Source: a virus. Taken from it: a stretch of 64,000 bases of DNA. A model generated the notes under the pieces. It did not search any database, was not told the DNA's origin, and saw only the letters and a list, made by a program, of their open reading frames with translations. Shown in pieces: positions 50,116-59,215 of the stretch (position 1 is its first letter; each line of letters opens with the position of its first letter). The DNA lies in the IMG/VR virus record IMGVR_UViG_3300033182_001068, positions 1 through 64,000 of that record; one strand, 5' to 3'. A program made the translations under genes and the position numbers.

Positions 50116-50825
50116 TTAGCGGGTTTGCTGTCGTCTTTTGCGCTCGGATTCCTCACGATCCTGCTCTATAACTTTAGCACAGGCAAGCAATATCAACCAT
50201 TCATCATCGTCTACAGATAACAAGGTAATAGGGCTTGTGCCCCACAGTTCGGCTAGACGAGCCGCACTTTTGACGTAGTTGTCCTCGACGAGATCGTCTA
50301 GGACTCCTTCGTAGGGTCCACCGTATCAACGACGTCTCCGTACCCTGCGGCCTCCAAGATCGCGAGAGCACCACCCTCGACATGCGGATCAAGGTTGAAA
50401 AACGCCAAAACAGCATCAGGAACAGGTCGAGAAGCACCCGTCGACTCAAGAATGTCCTTCGAAGCAAAGTTCAGCGAATTGCCGTCTTCGTCAAAGACTT
50501 CAGAGCCATCCATCTCAATACCGACAGTGGTATGGCCGATCACATATGCGGCGAACTTGGTCGGGTCCATGCCCTTCTTCGTTTCGTCACCAGCATTGCG
50601 ACGCCACGCCTTCATCTGCTTCTGGGTGATATTGGGGCTAATCCGAAGATACACGCCCTCTCGGTCCGGAACCTCAAGAAGGATAACTGGACGCTCCACC
50701 TTCTTCGAGATCGTCTCCTTCAGGCGACCCAGCGGCGACTCGCTGCTGGACTCCGAGGCGACACTGTCAATGGGGGACGTCGCCGGAGTTTCGTCCGACT
50801 CGTCGATGTAAAGGCTGTCACTCAT
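50116..50825 (-). CDS. tail assembly chaperone, -1 frameshift fusion product (G-T type)
   Basis: The -1 frame is open from 50325 to the TAA at 50116-50118. It encodes protein-like sequence (..DDLVEDNYVKSAARLAELWGTSPITLLSVDDDEWLILLACAKVIEQDREESERKRRQQTR) with no in-frame start codon. The total length of 710 nt fits one -1 shift. Confidence 0.55.
50298..50825 (-). CDS. tail assembly chaperone (G-type, unshifted product)
   Basis: 175-aa acidic protein between the tube and tape measure genes. Confidence 0.75.
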   Translation of the reverse strand: MSDSLYIDESDETPATSPIDSVASESSSESPLGRLKETISKKVERPVILLEVPDREGVYLRISPNITQKQMKAWRRNAGDETKKGMDPTKFAAYVIGHTTVGIEMDGSEVFDEDGNSLNFASKDILESTGASRPVPDAVLAFFNLDPHVEGGALAILEAAGYGDVVDTVDPTKES

Positions 50826-50874
50826 ATGCGGTTAACCTACCACACCAAACAGGGTTTCATGTGTAAATGACAAC

Positions 50875-50898
50875 GGCCCACCCCATCAAGGGTGAGCC
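50875..50898 (-). terminator. stem-loop downstream of the tube gene
   Basis: GGCCCACCC-catcaa-GGGTGAGCC, with 8 of 9 bp paired. On the minus strand it is followed by GTTGTCATTT. It could attenuate transcription after the abundant sheath and tube genes. Confidence 0.4.
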
Positions 50899-50934
50899 GC
50901 CATCAAAGGGTTGTGTTTGTTAGATCGGGTTCGA

Positions 50935-51402
50935 TCAGCCAGTAGACGAGTTGACGCTCTGGATCGCAAACGTGAGGGCAAAGGTGGCCGGAGCGCCTGA
51001 CGAGGAGTCGCCCTCAGGCTCAGTGATACCGACGAGCAGAGCGTTGGAGTACACCCGGTCCGTGCCGATCACCTCAATGTCGCAATCGTACGTCTTCACG
51101 TTGATGTTGTAGTAGGACTGTCCGACGAGAGGACGGAGAGCAGCGAGTTTGATCGCAAGACCAGTCGCCCCATCGCTCGCCGTGTAATCGTCATCAAAGT
51201 GCGCAGTCAGAGTGATGTCGCCAATCTCGAACGGCGCGCATAGCACCGACGGGAACTTGGCCCCACCCTCATAAATCTTCTCGACCGAAGCCGTGATTTC
51301 GCCACCAGACACCTGAGCGAACCGGAAACCCTCCCATTTGGGATGGTTAGGGTTCACCGGCGCAATGTCGGCGAGAATCTGTCGCTGTGAAGTCTTGGCC
51401 AT
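50935..51402 (-). CDS. tail tube protein
   Basis: 155 aa, beta-rich, and directly downstream of the sheath gene, as in contractile-tail modules. Confidence 0.7.
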   Translation of the reverse strand: MAKTSQRQILADIAPVNPNHPKWEGFRFAQVSGGEITASVEKIYEGGAKFPSVLCAPFEIGDITLTAHFDDDYTASDGATGLAIKLAALRPLVGQSYYNINVKTYDCDIEVIGTDRVYSNALLVGITEPEGDSSSGAPATFALTFAIQSVNSSTG

Positions 51403-51417
51403 CTGTTACTCCTCCGA

Positions 51418-52917
51418 TCAGACAACCGATGCGGTTAGGTTGCTCTTAACGATGTCAACCTCGATCTTGTCCCCGACGCTAGACACGCGGACACCGACCT
51501 TGGCTTTGACGAGACCATCAGCCAACTGCGTAACCGGGTTGAGCGACGCGTCACACTTAACCGTGTAACCGTAGTCAATCCGCTTGCCGTTGGAGTCAAA
51601 CGCCTCGTACAGTGCGCCAGCGAGCCGCAGCGGCTCAAGAATGGCGATCATCTTCGCCTCAACGCTGGCAAAAATGTTGTTGCGTCCGTCGATCGTGCTG
51701 AACAGCAGGTCTTCGAGCGCACGGTTGGCCTCAACGACCACGTGGTTCACGACATCCTGTCCAGTGATGTAACGGAAGTTGCTGGTGTCGGCAGACAAGG
51801 TGCGGGCACCATAAATCCGAATCGCATTGTTGATCCGGCGAAGAGCCACGACCCGGGCGTCGTCGAGACGGTCACCCTGCGTCTTGTTGATGTTGTACTC
51901 AAGGCCAGTGACGTACCGGGCGCTTGAAATGATGCCTGCACCAACCTGCTGTGGGCCGATCTGGTTATGGGCCCGGGCACGAGCGCCAGCGGCGTAACCA
52001 ACCGGAGGGCAAAGGCGAGTCACGCCTGCCGTGGCAGTGGGCTTGTACACCCAAGGGAAGATCAACTGAGCGTGCTCGGTGTTCTCACGAGCAGCAGTGA
52101 TTGCGCGAGCCTTATCGGTGATGTCGTCAACCACAGTGCTCTCCATGAGCGTGCCGGACGCCTCAAAGAGATACGCAATACGGTTGTTCGCATTGGCGTG
52201 ATCGATGAGAGCGAACTTCACCGCATCCGCCGAACTCTCCGGGTTCGCAACGACGCCAGCCCCCAACGAATCGAGGAAGAGGTTGAGCGCAGCGTTGTGC
52301 TCCGTCGTGGTGACGTTTGCCTGATCGTCATTACCGGCCGACAAAGCAACCGGCGTCGCGGGAGAGGTCACCTCAGGAAGGTTGTCGCCGATGGCCTCAG
52401 CGGTGACGTAGTTCGACGCAATCGCATCGCTGTTGATCTTGCCCGCCATGGCGGCAGGAGTCGCAACATCACCCGTCGAATAAATGACGTCGCCATCGTT
52501 GTAGATGAGCATCGTTCGGGTTCCTGCGGTGATGCCCGCAGTAACAAGAACAGTGATGTTGGTGCTCCACGAGCCAGCGCCATTTGCCGTGATCGTGATC
52601 GAATCAAGAGCGCCATTGCCCTGAGGGTCGTCGTCCTGAATGGTCAGCGAACCGGTGGTCGCGCCCGGACCGACAACACGAGCGATGTAGCACTGGGTGC
52701 CGCCCTCTTCGAAGAAGGTCTGCACCGTGTCGTGCAGGTAGCCGTAGGAGACGTAGCCACCGTACTGTGACTCGTACTCTTCTTGGCTGTTGATCTTGAC
52801 GGCTTCGTCAGTCGGACCACGCTGGGCGAGGCCTACGAAGAACGCCTGTGAAGTTTCGCGAACGGTGTTCCCAGTGGGACCCGTGCGAACTGCTGTGCTG
52901 ATTACGACTCCCGGCAT
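51418..52917 (-). CDS. contractile tail sheath protein
   Basis: N-terminal MPGVVISTAV...SQAFFVGLAQRGPTDEAVKINSQEEYESQYGG. The C-terminal domain has GIISSARYVTGLEY...VVALRRINNAIRIYGARTLS...FRYITGQDVVNHV, typical of the sheath family. Confidence 0.85.
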   Translation of the reverse strand: MPGVVISTAVRTGPTGNTVRETSQAFFVGLAQRGPTDEAVKINSQEEYESQYGGYVSYGYLHDTVQTFFEEGGTQCYIARVVGPGATTGSLTIQDDDPQGNGALDSITITANGAGSWSTNITVLVTAGITAGTRTMLIYNDGDVIYSTGDVATPAAMAGKINSDAIASNYVTAEAIGDNLPEVTSPATPVALSAGNDDQANVTTTEHNAALNLFLDSLGAGVVANPESSADAVKFALIDHANANNRIAYLFEASGTLMESTVVDDITDKARAITAARENTEHAQLIFPWVYKPTATAGVTRLCPPVGYAAGARARAHNQIGPQQVGAGIISSARYVTGLEYNINKTQGDRLDDARVVALRRINNAIRIYGARTLSADTSNFRYITGQDVVNHVVVEANRALEDLLFSTIDGRNNIFASVEAKMIAILEPLRLAGALYEAFDSNGKRIDYGYTVKCDASLNPVTQLADGLVKAKVGVRVSSVGDKIEVDIVKSNLTASVV

Positions 52918-53003
52918 AGGACTTCCTTCTTCCTCGGCTTACTTGTGATTTGGGTCGGTTCTGTAATTTTACCGAACTTTGCCGCTGTCACTAGCAACTG
53001 TCT

Positions 53004-53009
53004 ATTATA
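53004..53009 (-). promoter_or_regulatory. perfect TATAAT hexamer upstream of the sheath gene
   Basis: Minus strand reads GTCTGATAATCTATAATAGAC, about 85 nt upstream of the ATG at 52917. AAGGAAG SD is near the start. No convincing -35. Confidence 0.3.
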
Positions 53010-53014
53010 GATTA

Positions 53015-53359
53015 TCAGACCTCATCAGGTTCTGATGCTACTTCCGGCTCCGCCTCAACGACTTCCTGTTCAACGACCGGCTCTTCCCTTGGCTCTTCGG
53101 CAGCCTGAGCGGCCTTGGAGCGCGATTTGGTGGTCTTCGGCGCTTTCGGGTCAGCGACGGAAAGAACGCCTCGTTCCACCAGACCTTCGATAATCGGGTT
53201 GATTTTGTCAATGATTGCGCAACCGCGCGGCGGGATGAAGTGGGCGTCTTCGTCGACTTCAACCTTGTTTCCGGTCAAGTTGCAAAGACCGTACTTTCCG
53301 TCGCCGGGCGCAGCGGTGCATTCGGCGGGCGTTGCGTGAGAAAAGAACTTTGTAGCCAT
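53015..53359 (-). CDS. hypothetical protein with acidic Glu/Pro/Val-rich tail (114 aa)
   Basis: Track ORF. No motif recognised. Confidence 0.55.
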   Translation of the reverse strand: MATKFFSHATPAECTAAPGDGKYGLCNLTGNKVEVDEDAHFIPPRGCAIIDKINPIIEGLVERGVLSVADPKAPKTTKSRSKAAQAAEEPREEPVVEQEVVEAEPEVASEPDEV

Positions 53360-53376
53360 GTGCGTATTGTACCTTA

Positions 53377-53631
53377 TTAAGACTTCAGCAATTGCTGCTT
53401 AGCACCAAATCTCGCTAAAACCTTGATTTTAGAGTTTCCCGAAAGCGGCGTCCCCTCGTACAGATCCTTGCTAATAAGCCAAGTTTGCTGCGGATTCATG
53501 CGGCACCCATCTTGGCAGAGATCGTGATTGTCCGGACTGTTATTAGAAACAACGACGGTGTTCGTCCGCTCATAACCGAAGCCGTACACGTCAGAAACAC
53601 CGTTTTTCAATTTTTTACAGCCGCAACTCAT
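53377..53631 (-). CDS. hypothetical small Cys-containing protein (84 aa)
   Basis: Track ORF starting MSCGCKK... ATGA-type overlap with the upstream gene. Confidence 0.5.
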   Translation of the reverse strand: MSCGCKKLKNGVSDVYGFGYERTNTVVVSNNSPDNHDLCQDGCRMNPQQTWLISKDLYEGTPLSGNSKIKVLARFGAKQQLLKS

Positions 53632-54227
53632 AGCGCAATACTCCCTCCATTAGGGCCACGGACAACTTCCGTGACCTCGATCTCGGACACTGTGCCAATA
53701 TCTTCACGAGCCGAAATCTCGTTGATATGCATCTCGTAAGAAAGGAACGCACCGGCCAAAACCCGATCGCCCTTCAGCAAAGTCAAATCCGAGTATTCCT
53801 CTCGAAGCGTCGCCTCATCGACAACCGCCTCAAACGTTTGGCGAGGATCTGTCGCTTTCAAACAAGGACGATCAAGCAAAGCCGACCGAACAACCGTGGT
53901 CAAACGATCTCGCATCAGCGTCGCCTCATCCGAACCTTCTTCCCGAACCCAAACGTACGTACGCATGTTGTACCGCACCCGATACTCCGGATGGTTCTGA
54001 TACCACCCGTTCCTCTCCATCCCCATCATTGAAATGGCAACAGTGATAATGGTGGGCCACTCATCCAGAGCAATCGGCTCATACGACAAATACTTGGTTG
54101 GAGACGGCAGGCTCTCCGAATCAAGATTCCAGCCATTCCTGTAACTGACCAGCCGTTGCGGCAGATCGTTTTCCAAATACGTGGTCACGTATGACTTCGC
54201 AAAATGCGAACCGTGCATTAGATACAT
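53628..54227 (-). CDS. neck / tail-terminator-region structural protein (199 aa)
   Basis: The ATG at 54227 overlaps the upstream TGA by 1 nt. The call rests on position, between the tail-completion and sheath genes. Confidence 0.5.
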   Translation of the reverse strand: MYLMHGSHFAKSYVTTYLENDLPQRLVSYRNGWNLDSESLPSPTKYLSYEPIALDEWPTIITVAISMMGMERNGWYQNHPEYRVRYNMRTYVWVREEGSDEATLMRDRLTTVVRSALLDRPCLKATDPRQTFEAVVDEATLREEYSDLTLLKGDRVLAGAFLSYEMHINEISAREDIGTVSEIEVTEVVRGPNGGSIAL

Positions 54228-54694
54228 CAGATACCGTCCGCTCCATCGCGAATGTATCTCGCGATCTTCTCTCCCCACTCATCTTGGAAATCGGTGGGTT
54301 CGTAAATCACTTCACGCTTCGGCATTTTGGTAGTGCCGTACTGGTGGAACTTTGCGTACTTGATCTTGGTCCCAAACGTCGCCGATTTCCTGTCAATCTC
54401 GTTACCCGGCCCACGCAGGTTGCGCAGACTGGCAAACAAAGAACCAGAAGCAATCATGGGTGGTTGTCCGGGATAGTTGCGTGACTTCCATGCGGCATAC
54501 TCTGCGTCGAGAGGAGCCCAACCACCTACCCTGAGGCCATTCGTCAGGAAGTTTTCTCCCCAGTTTTCCTCAAAGTACTCACGCATCCGCACGAACACAG
54601 GGCGAAAGTTATTCGTCCTGTCATCCATGTCGGTGACCTCATCGCGCATCTCCGTTGCATCCCAGTCAACGTCGACGGTAAGGAACCCGGCCAT
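54227..54694 (-). CDS. virion morphogenesis / tail completion protein (Mu gpG / P2 gpS-like)
   Basis: GGWAPLDAEYAAWKSRNYPGQPPMIASGSLFASL...FGTKIKYAKFHQYGT matches the virion-morphogenesis family pattern. Confidence 0.6.
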   Translation of the reverse strand: MAGFLTVDVDWDATEMRDEVTDMDDRTNNFRPVFVRMREYFEENWGENFLTNGLRVGGWAPLDAEYAAWKSRNYPGQPPMIASGSLFASLRNLRGPGNEIDRKSATFGTKIKYAKFHQYGTTKMPKREVIYEPTDFQDEWGEKIARYIRDGADGI

Positions 54695-55323
54695 CAGGCG
54701 ACTCTGACTCGTCGATACCTCTTGACGGCCAGCAGTTCCTTGTCAAGGAACCCGGTTTCCATTGGCGCAACATTTCGAGGTTCAAGATCCTTGACGCCGA
54801 CCACATCATCATGCATGTTTTGCATTTCCCGAGTGGCAGCACGCAGGATCATAAGTTTAAAAACTTTGATGTTTGCCCCATCAAGACCGCCGTTGTAGGT
54901 GATCTCCACAATGTCGTTGGCAAACCCACGGTAAAGGTCGATACCGTAACGACGAACGGTGTAATCGCGCTCGTTCGTGAGCACGGTGTAGTCGTTACTC
55001 AGATTCGGCTTCAACCGAACCTGTGTAACCGACGCAATCGGCGTGTTCGCCAAATAGACCGTCGACGGAGGCATCGTAAACCCGATGTGCTGCATCGTCG
55101 TGTCTAGAGACGTGTTGTAGAAGAACGAGTCCATCGGCACGCCAATGTGGTTGCTGTCCAGCGTGTGGTTTTCTACGAACGCTTCTTGTTCTACTGGTCG
55201 ACGAAGATACGCCTCCAGTTCGCTTTGCAGACCTTCTAGGACGAAGTCCGCCGCATCCTGCTGGCGCAACGAAAACTTGACGTCCATGTACGTCGAAAGA
55301 TCGGAAACCGATACGAGAGCCAT
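54694..55323 (-). CDS. head-tail connector (gp6-like adaptor) protein
   Basis: N-terminal VSDLSTYMDVKFSLRQQDAADFVLEGLQSELEAYLRRPV is the typical gp6-like connector start. Confidence 0.6.
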   Translation of the reverse strand: MALVSVSDLSTYMDVKFSLRQQDAADFVLEGLQSELEAYLRRPVEQEAFVENHTLDSNHIGVPMDSFFYNTSLDTTMQHIGFTMPPSTVYLANTPIASVTQVRLKPNLSNDYTVLTNERDYTVRRYGIDLYRGFANDIVEITYNGGLDGANIKVFKLMILRAATREMQNMHDDVVGVKDLEPRNVAPMETGFLDKELLAVKRYRRVRVA

Positions 55324-55337
55324 GTCAGCCCCCTATT

Positions 55338-55496
55338 TCAGCGACGGCGACGGCGGATGATGTCGCGAATTCGTTCGTCTCGTTCCCGTGAACGGCCAAC
55401 AAGCCGACCAAGACCCTGTCCAACTGAACGTGCTGCACGACGAAGTCGCCCTGCACGGCGGAGAGCCTCGTCTCCACCTCTACCTGTACCCGGCAT
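55338..55496 (-). CDS. questionable small Arg-rich ORF (52 aa); reading frame ambiguous
   Basis: ATG with AGGGAGA SD 6 nt upstream, but the product is about 40% Arg. An overlapping frame (GTG 55477 to TGA 55325) gives a more protein-like 50-aa product but has a poor RBS. Confidence 0.3.
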   Translation of the reverse strand: MPGTGRGGDEALRRAGRLRRAARSVGQGLGRLVGRSRERDERIRDIIRRRRR

Positions 55497-55568
55497 AAGT
55501 ATCTCCCTCGTGCGGAACTTGCTGTCCCTTAAGTGTAGCACCAAACAAATGGCTACTTGAGGGTCGTT

Positions 55569-56120
55569 TTACCGATCTGCGTTAGGAGGTGACTCGGTTT
55601 TCATGGCGCCCTGTGCCTCGACTGTTCCCGGAGGAGCCTCAACGGGAACCCACGCACGAGAATAACTATGATTCTTGACGTTTCGATGTTTCAGGATCGT
55701 GCCGTCGAGCATCAATTCCAACTCGTCGCCCTTCATGGCGAACTTGCGAGCAAAGTCATCGACGCTGAACGCACGACTTTTCTTCAACTTCCGGATGATG
55801 GCGGACAGGCTCTTCGCCACAACCGAACCCCTACCTCGATTTAACTGAACATGCAGGGCCATGGCTTGAAGATTGGAAACGTCCTTGTACACGACCGGAA
55901 CTTCGGGAAACATCTCCGCCAAGTGGCGGTTACCCATTACAAGCCGCAAACGCTGCGTTCCATCAATCACGTCATTCGTTCCACGCTGCACAACCAGCGG
56001 CGAAACAAAACCCTCCGATGCCAACGAATCAGCAAGAACCAACAAGTCCGGACGAAGAATGTAAGTAGCATGCCACTCAGGAACGTTCAGTTCCGTGACG
56101 GCAACCATCTCAATTTGCAT
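55569..56120 (-). CDS. ParB-like nuclease-domain protein (IbrB/DndB-like partner of the PAPS reductase)
   Basis: VSPLVVQRGTNDVIDGTQRLRL fits the ParB N-terminal domain pattern. The ATG at 56120 overlaps the upstream gene by 11 nt. Confidence 0.6.
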   Translation of the reverse strand: MQIEMVAVTELNVPEWHATYILRPDLLVLADSLASEGFVSPLVVQRGTNDVIDGTQRLRLVMGNRHLAEMFPEVPVVYKDVSNLQAMALHVQLNRGRGSVVAKSLSAIIRKLKKSRAFSVDDFARKFAMKGDELELMLDGTILKHRNVKNHSYSRAWVPVEAPPGTVEAQGAMKTESPPNADR

Positions 56121-57258
56121 CAATCTGCTCCTCTGCAAGTTTCTCCAACGCCTTGCGTCGAAGCGTGTCAGCACGTGTCTTGGGTCCAACTGGTGCGGCA
56201 GCCGCAACAGTCAATTCGTTCAACAAAAGGTTACGGATCAGCCAGTTAAGCGGATACGAGTACGGGTCAGCATTGTGCTTGCGTCGGAAATCAGCAGAAA
56301 ACGCTTTCGCCCTACCCTGCTTAGTTGGTCCGATCATGAAAGTGTCAATAACTTCCTTTACGCCGTCCCACCCCTTATTGGCATAGTTCTCAATGACTGA
56401 CTCAATGTCGTAATCCGGCCACCAACGACGTTGAGCGTCAATGTACGGGAAGCATTCGTAGAGCCGGTCGTAAAACTCGGGCTCGGTTGCCACAAGATCA
56501 CCGATCCGACGAATCGCCACCGAGTGAAGGGGAATTCCAACACGAGTGTTCGAGCCGGTCAACGCAGCCAAGTCGTAGTATTCGCAGTACGGAGCGTTGT
56601 GCTCTTCGCTGATGAACTTCAGTACATCGTCGACGTTCCAGTCGTAGATGATCTTGGCGAACTTCAACGGGATACCACTCTTTAGACGGTACGGCTTGTT
56701 GATGTAGTTCTCGTGCAGTTTCTGAACGACTGAGCGGTAGCGAACCATTGACTCTGCCGCACGCACACCGGTGATGAAAGCGGTGGAGCCAACTTTGCCC
56801 TGCATCGTGTAGTAGTCAACTGATTCGGGTAGAGCCTCCGAGTGGTCAACGCCGAAGTGGTAGCCGGTGATTGCGCCTTCGGGGAAGTCTCGAACAAGGC
56901 GTCCTTGCTTGCGGCGTTCTTCGCCCCACAAGATAACTGACTGGCGTCGGCCAAGAACCCAAACTTCTGCTCCGTAGGGGAGGCAGTACCACTCCATGTC
57001 AACCCAATCAAGGTTCTTGATGTAGTTGACGTAGTCGAGGACCAAGGGTGAAACCATTTCCTCGTCACGGAAAATGACTTTCACAGGGCCGAGTCCACGT
57101 TCTTCGTGGATCTCTTTGGCTAGGTGGAGAACAGCGGTTGAGTCTTTGCCTCCAGAAAACTGGACGCACACTGTGTCGAAGGTGTCGTATACGTGGCGTA
57201 TACGTTCACGAGCCGCCTCGACGACATCGATGTCGAGGAACATTCGTTGGCGAGTCAT
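56110..57258 (-). CDS. PAPS-reductase-family (PP-loop ATPase) protein, IbrA/DndC-like
   Basis: VQFSGGKDSTAVLHL PP-loop (SGGKDS). 382 aa with a long C-terminal extension. Confidence 0.8.
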   Translation of the reverse strand: MTRQRMFLDIDVVEAARERIRHVYDTFDTVCVQFSGGKDSTAVLHLAKEIHEERGLGPVKVIFRDEEMVSPLVLDYVNYIKNLDWVDMEWYCLPYGAEVWVLGRRQSVILWGEERRKQGRLVRDFPEGAITGYHFGVDHSEALPESVDYYTMQGKVGSTAFITGVRAAESMVRYRSVVQKLHENYINKPYRLKSGIPLKFAKIIYDWNVDDVLKFISEEHNAPYCEYYDLAALTGSNTRVGIPLHSVAIRRIGDLVATEPEFYDRLYECFPYIDAQRRWWPDYDIESVIENYANKGWDGVKEVIDTFMIGPTKQGRAKAFSADFRRKHNADPYSYPLNWLIRNLLLNELTVAAAAPVGPKTRADTLRRKALEKLAEEQIDAN

Positions 57259-57920
57259 GGTGCGACTCTACCGTTTTGCTCCCAGAAGTCAAACGTTATT
57301 GGCATTCTGTCTTTGAAGCAGTCAGCCACAACAAACGCATAATCACGAATCTCCCGCTGAGCAGTCTCATCCATGCGCAGCGACAAAAAGTTCATGAGAG
57401 CACGAGCATTGACCGTCCAGTAAAACTCCGTAAACGTAGCCACAGGCAGCACCACACGCGCAACCTCTTTAGCAACACCACGCTCAAGCAGATAGTTGTA
57501 CGTCCGGAAAGCCGCTTTGTTGTGAATATCAATAACTCGACTGGCCTCATCGGCAACGTCATCAGACATCTGCTCAAAAGTGTAAGCGCCGGGCTTACCC
57601 ACCTGAGTCCTCACATAGTCGCCCTTCGGCACATACGAAGCATTTTCAAGAACTGTGTACCGGCCAGAGATCTCATTGAACGAACCAATGCGATGCCGGA
57701 ACCACTCCCGGGCAACAAAAATCGGACACTTCACGTGAAATCTAAACGAGTTGTGTTCGAACGGAGTCCCATGGCGTTCTCGCATCAAAAAGCCAATCAG
57801 GCCTTTGTCGCTGTCGTCCATCTCCGTCTTGCGCGCACCAAAAGAAACCCGGGCCGCATTCACCACGGAAATGTCATCGGCCATGCAGCCATCTAGTAAA
57901 ACAAATCCATGTTCATGCAC
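57255..57920 (-). CDS. thyX: flavin-dependent thymidylate synthase
   Basis: ThyX signature RHRxxSxxxxSxR is present as FRHRIGSFNEISGRY. The GTG at 57920 starts 8 nt after the ParB stop; an ATG at 57884 is the alternative. The long track ORF to 58331 is rejected. Confidence 0.85.
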   Translation of the reverse strand: MHEHGFVLLDGCMADDISVVNAARVSFGARKTEMDDSDKGLIGFLMRERHGTPFEHNSFRFHVKCPIFVAREWFRHRIGSFNEISGRYTVLENASYVPKGDYVRTQVGKPGAYTFEQMSDDVADEASRVIDIHNKAAFRTYNYLLERGVAKEVARVVLPVATFTEFYWTVNARALMNFLSLRMDETAQREIRDYAFVVADCFKDRMPITFDFWEQNGRVAP

Positions 57921-57927
57921 GGCTTCT

Positions 57928-58704
57928 TCACACCTCCGAGTGGGCGTCGATAAACGAAACGATCTTCTGCGCTGTAGTGTCCCCGTCATATCCGGGGTCG
58001 TTGCGCAACCATCGAATGAAGTCGTACCACCGGCGCTGCTGTTCGGCGTCATCAAAGACCAACGTGTATTGGACAACAGCCTGTGGAGCGGCCCCCGGAA
58101 CAGCAACCGTGCTGCCTTGAACAGCCACCGCTTTGTGGTCGACCTCGTCGCCCGCCACAATGCGAGACCCTCCGTCTTCTTCGGAACGGTGCTCGACCTG
58201 CAGTTCGACAGGGTTTGGGTTTGTGATGGCTGGGGGAGTGAACTCTGTCGAGGACGCGCCAACGCCGGAACTGAGATACGAGGATTCTTCCAGCGATGCC
58301 ACTTCGAGTTCGTCCCACTCAAGACCGTCAAACAAATCTTTGTAGTCGTTGTTGATGGTTTGCATCAACTCGAATACGTCCGACGAGTCGCTGTAGCCCA
58401 GTTCGGTAGTCCTGTTGTCAGCGAGAGCGAACGCAACCGCTTTTGACTCGTCGACCAGCATTTGGACCGCAGCAATGTTGCCCCAACCCAATCGGCGAGC
58501 CGCTTCGACTTGGTGGTTACCAGCGATAACAGTGTACGTCGAGTTGTCGTTGGGACGAACAACGATCGGCTTCACCTGCCCGAATTCCCGGTAGGACGCA
58601 ACGATCGCATCAATGTTCCCTCGTCGTGGGTTGCCTTCAAGGGGGACTAGGTCGTCGAGGGGCAACAAGAGGTCTTTGAGTGATTTGTCGATCTTTTCGT
58701 TCAT
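57928..58704 (-). CDS. ParB-like nuclease-domain protein
   Basis: LVPLEGNPRRGNIDAIVASYREFGQVKPIVV...IAGNHQVEAARRLGW. Confidence 0.75.
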   Translation of the reverse strand: MNEKIDKSLKDLLLPLDDLVPLEGNPRRGNIDAIVASYREFGQVKPIVVRPNDNSTYTVIAGNHQVEAARRLGWGNIAAVQMLVDESKAVAFALADNRTTELGYSDSSDVFELMQTINNDYKDLFDGLEWDELEVASLEESSYLSSGVGASSTEFTPPAITNPNPVELQVEHRSEEDGGSRIVAGDEVDHKAVAVQGSTVAVPGAAPQAVVQYTLVFDDAEQQRRWYDFIRWLRNDPGYDGDTTAQKIVSFIDAHSEV

Positions 58705-58753
58705 CAGTAGATCCTTCCGGGCGGCTCAGTCAGCACCGACTCTAGTCGAACTG

Positions 58754-59215
58754 TTACGCGACATCGCCAACTTCGACAACCTCGACACCAGCCGACTGCA
58801 GTAGAGCCAACGACTTGCCCCAGTCGGCGTAGGAAGTGTTCCTGCGGCAAACAACCCTGACGATCCCTGAAGACGCGATCTGCTTTGCACAACCGTAGCA
58901 AGGTGGGCCATTTACGATCAGGGTTGCGCCAATCCGCTTGCTTGGATCTGACCACAGAAGGGCGTTCGCTTCAGCGTGTTGGGCAACGCAGTTGTCGTAG
59001 ACGCTTCCAGCCGGTGACTGCTCTTGTGCCCGTGGGCAAAACCCATCGACACAGTGGCCCATGCCCGGAGGGGAACCGTTGTACCCAACACCAGCGACCC
59101 GTCCGTTCGGCATGAGAACCACCGAAAAGTACTGTGCCTTACTGCATGTAGAGAACAGAGGCGCAAGCATGTCGCACGCTTTAAGCCATTTGCGTTCCCT
59201 GCTGGAAGTGCTCAC
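58754..59215 (-). CDS. dCMP (deoxycytidylate) deaminase
   Basis: Zinc motifs HAEANAL and PCYGCAKQI. Confidence 0.85.
   Translation of the reverse strand: MSTSSRERKWLKACDMLAPLFSTCSKAQYFSVVLMPNGRVAGVGYNGSPPGMGHCVDGFCPRAQEQSPAGSVYDNCVAQHAEANALLWSDPSKRIGATLIVNGPPCYGCAKQIASSGIVRVVCRRNTSYADWGKSLALLQSAGVEVVEVGDVA

Noticed and set aside
51418-52917. A 499-aa abundant-looking structural ORF that I first took for the major capsid protein
   Set aside because: The N-terminal PGVVIS...VGLAQRGP and the C-terminal ...IRIYGARTLS...FRYITGQDVVNHV patterns fit tail sheath proteins. It is followed by tube, chaperone and tape-measure genes. No capsid or portal gene is identifiable in this window.
57921-58331. 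N-terminal extension of the ThyX ORF overlapping the ParB-like gene
   Set aside because: It is Ser/Arg/Thr-rich with no ThyX similarity. ThyX-like sequence begins near FVLLDG.., just after the ParB stop.
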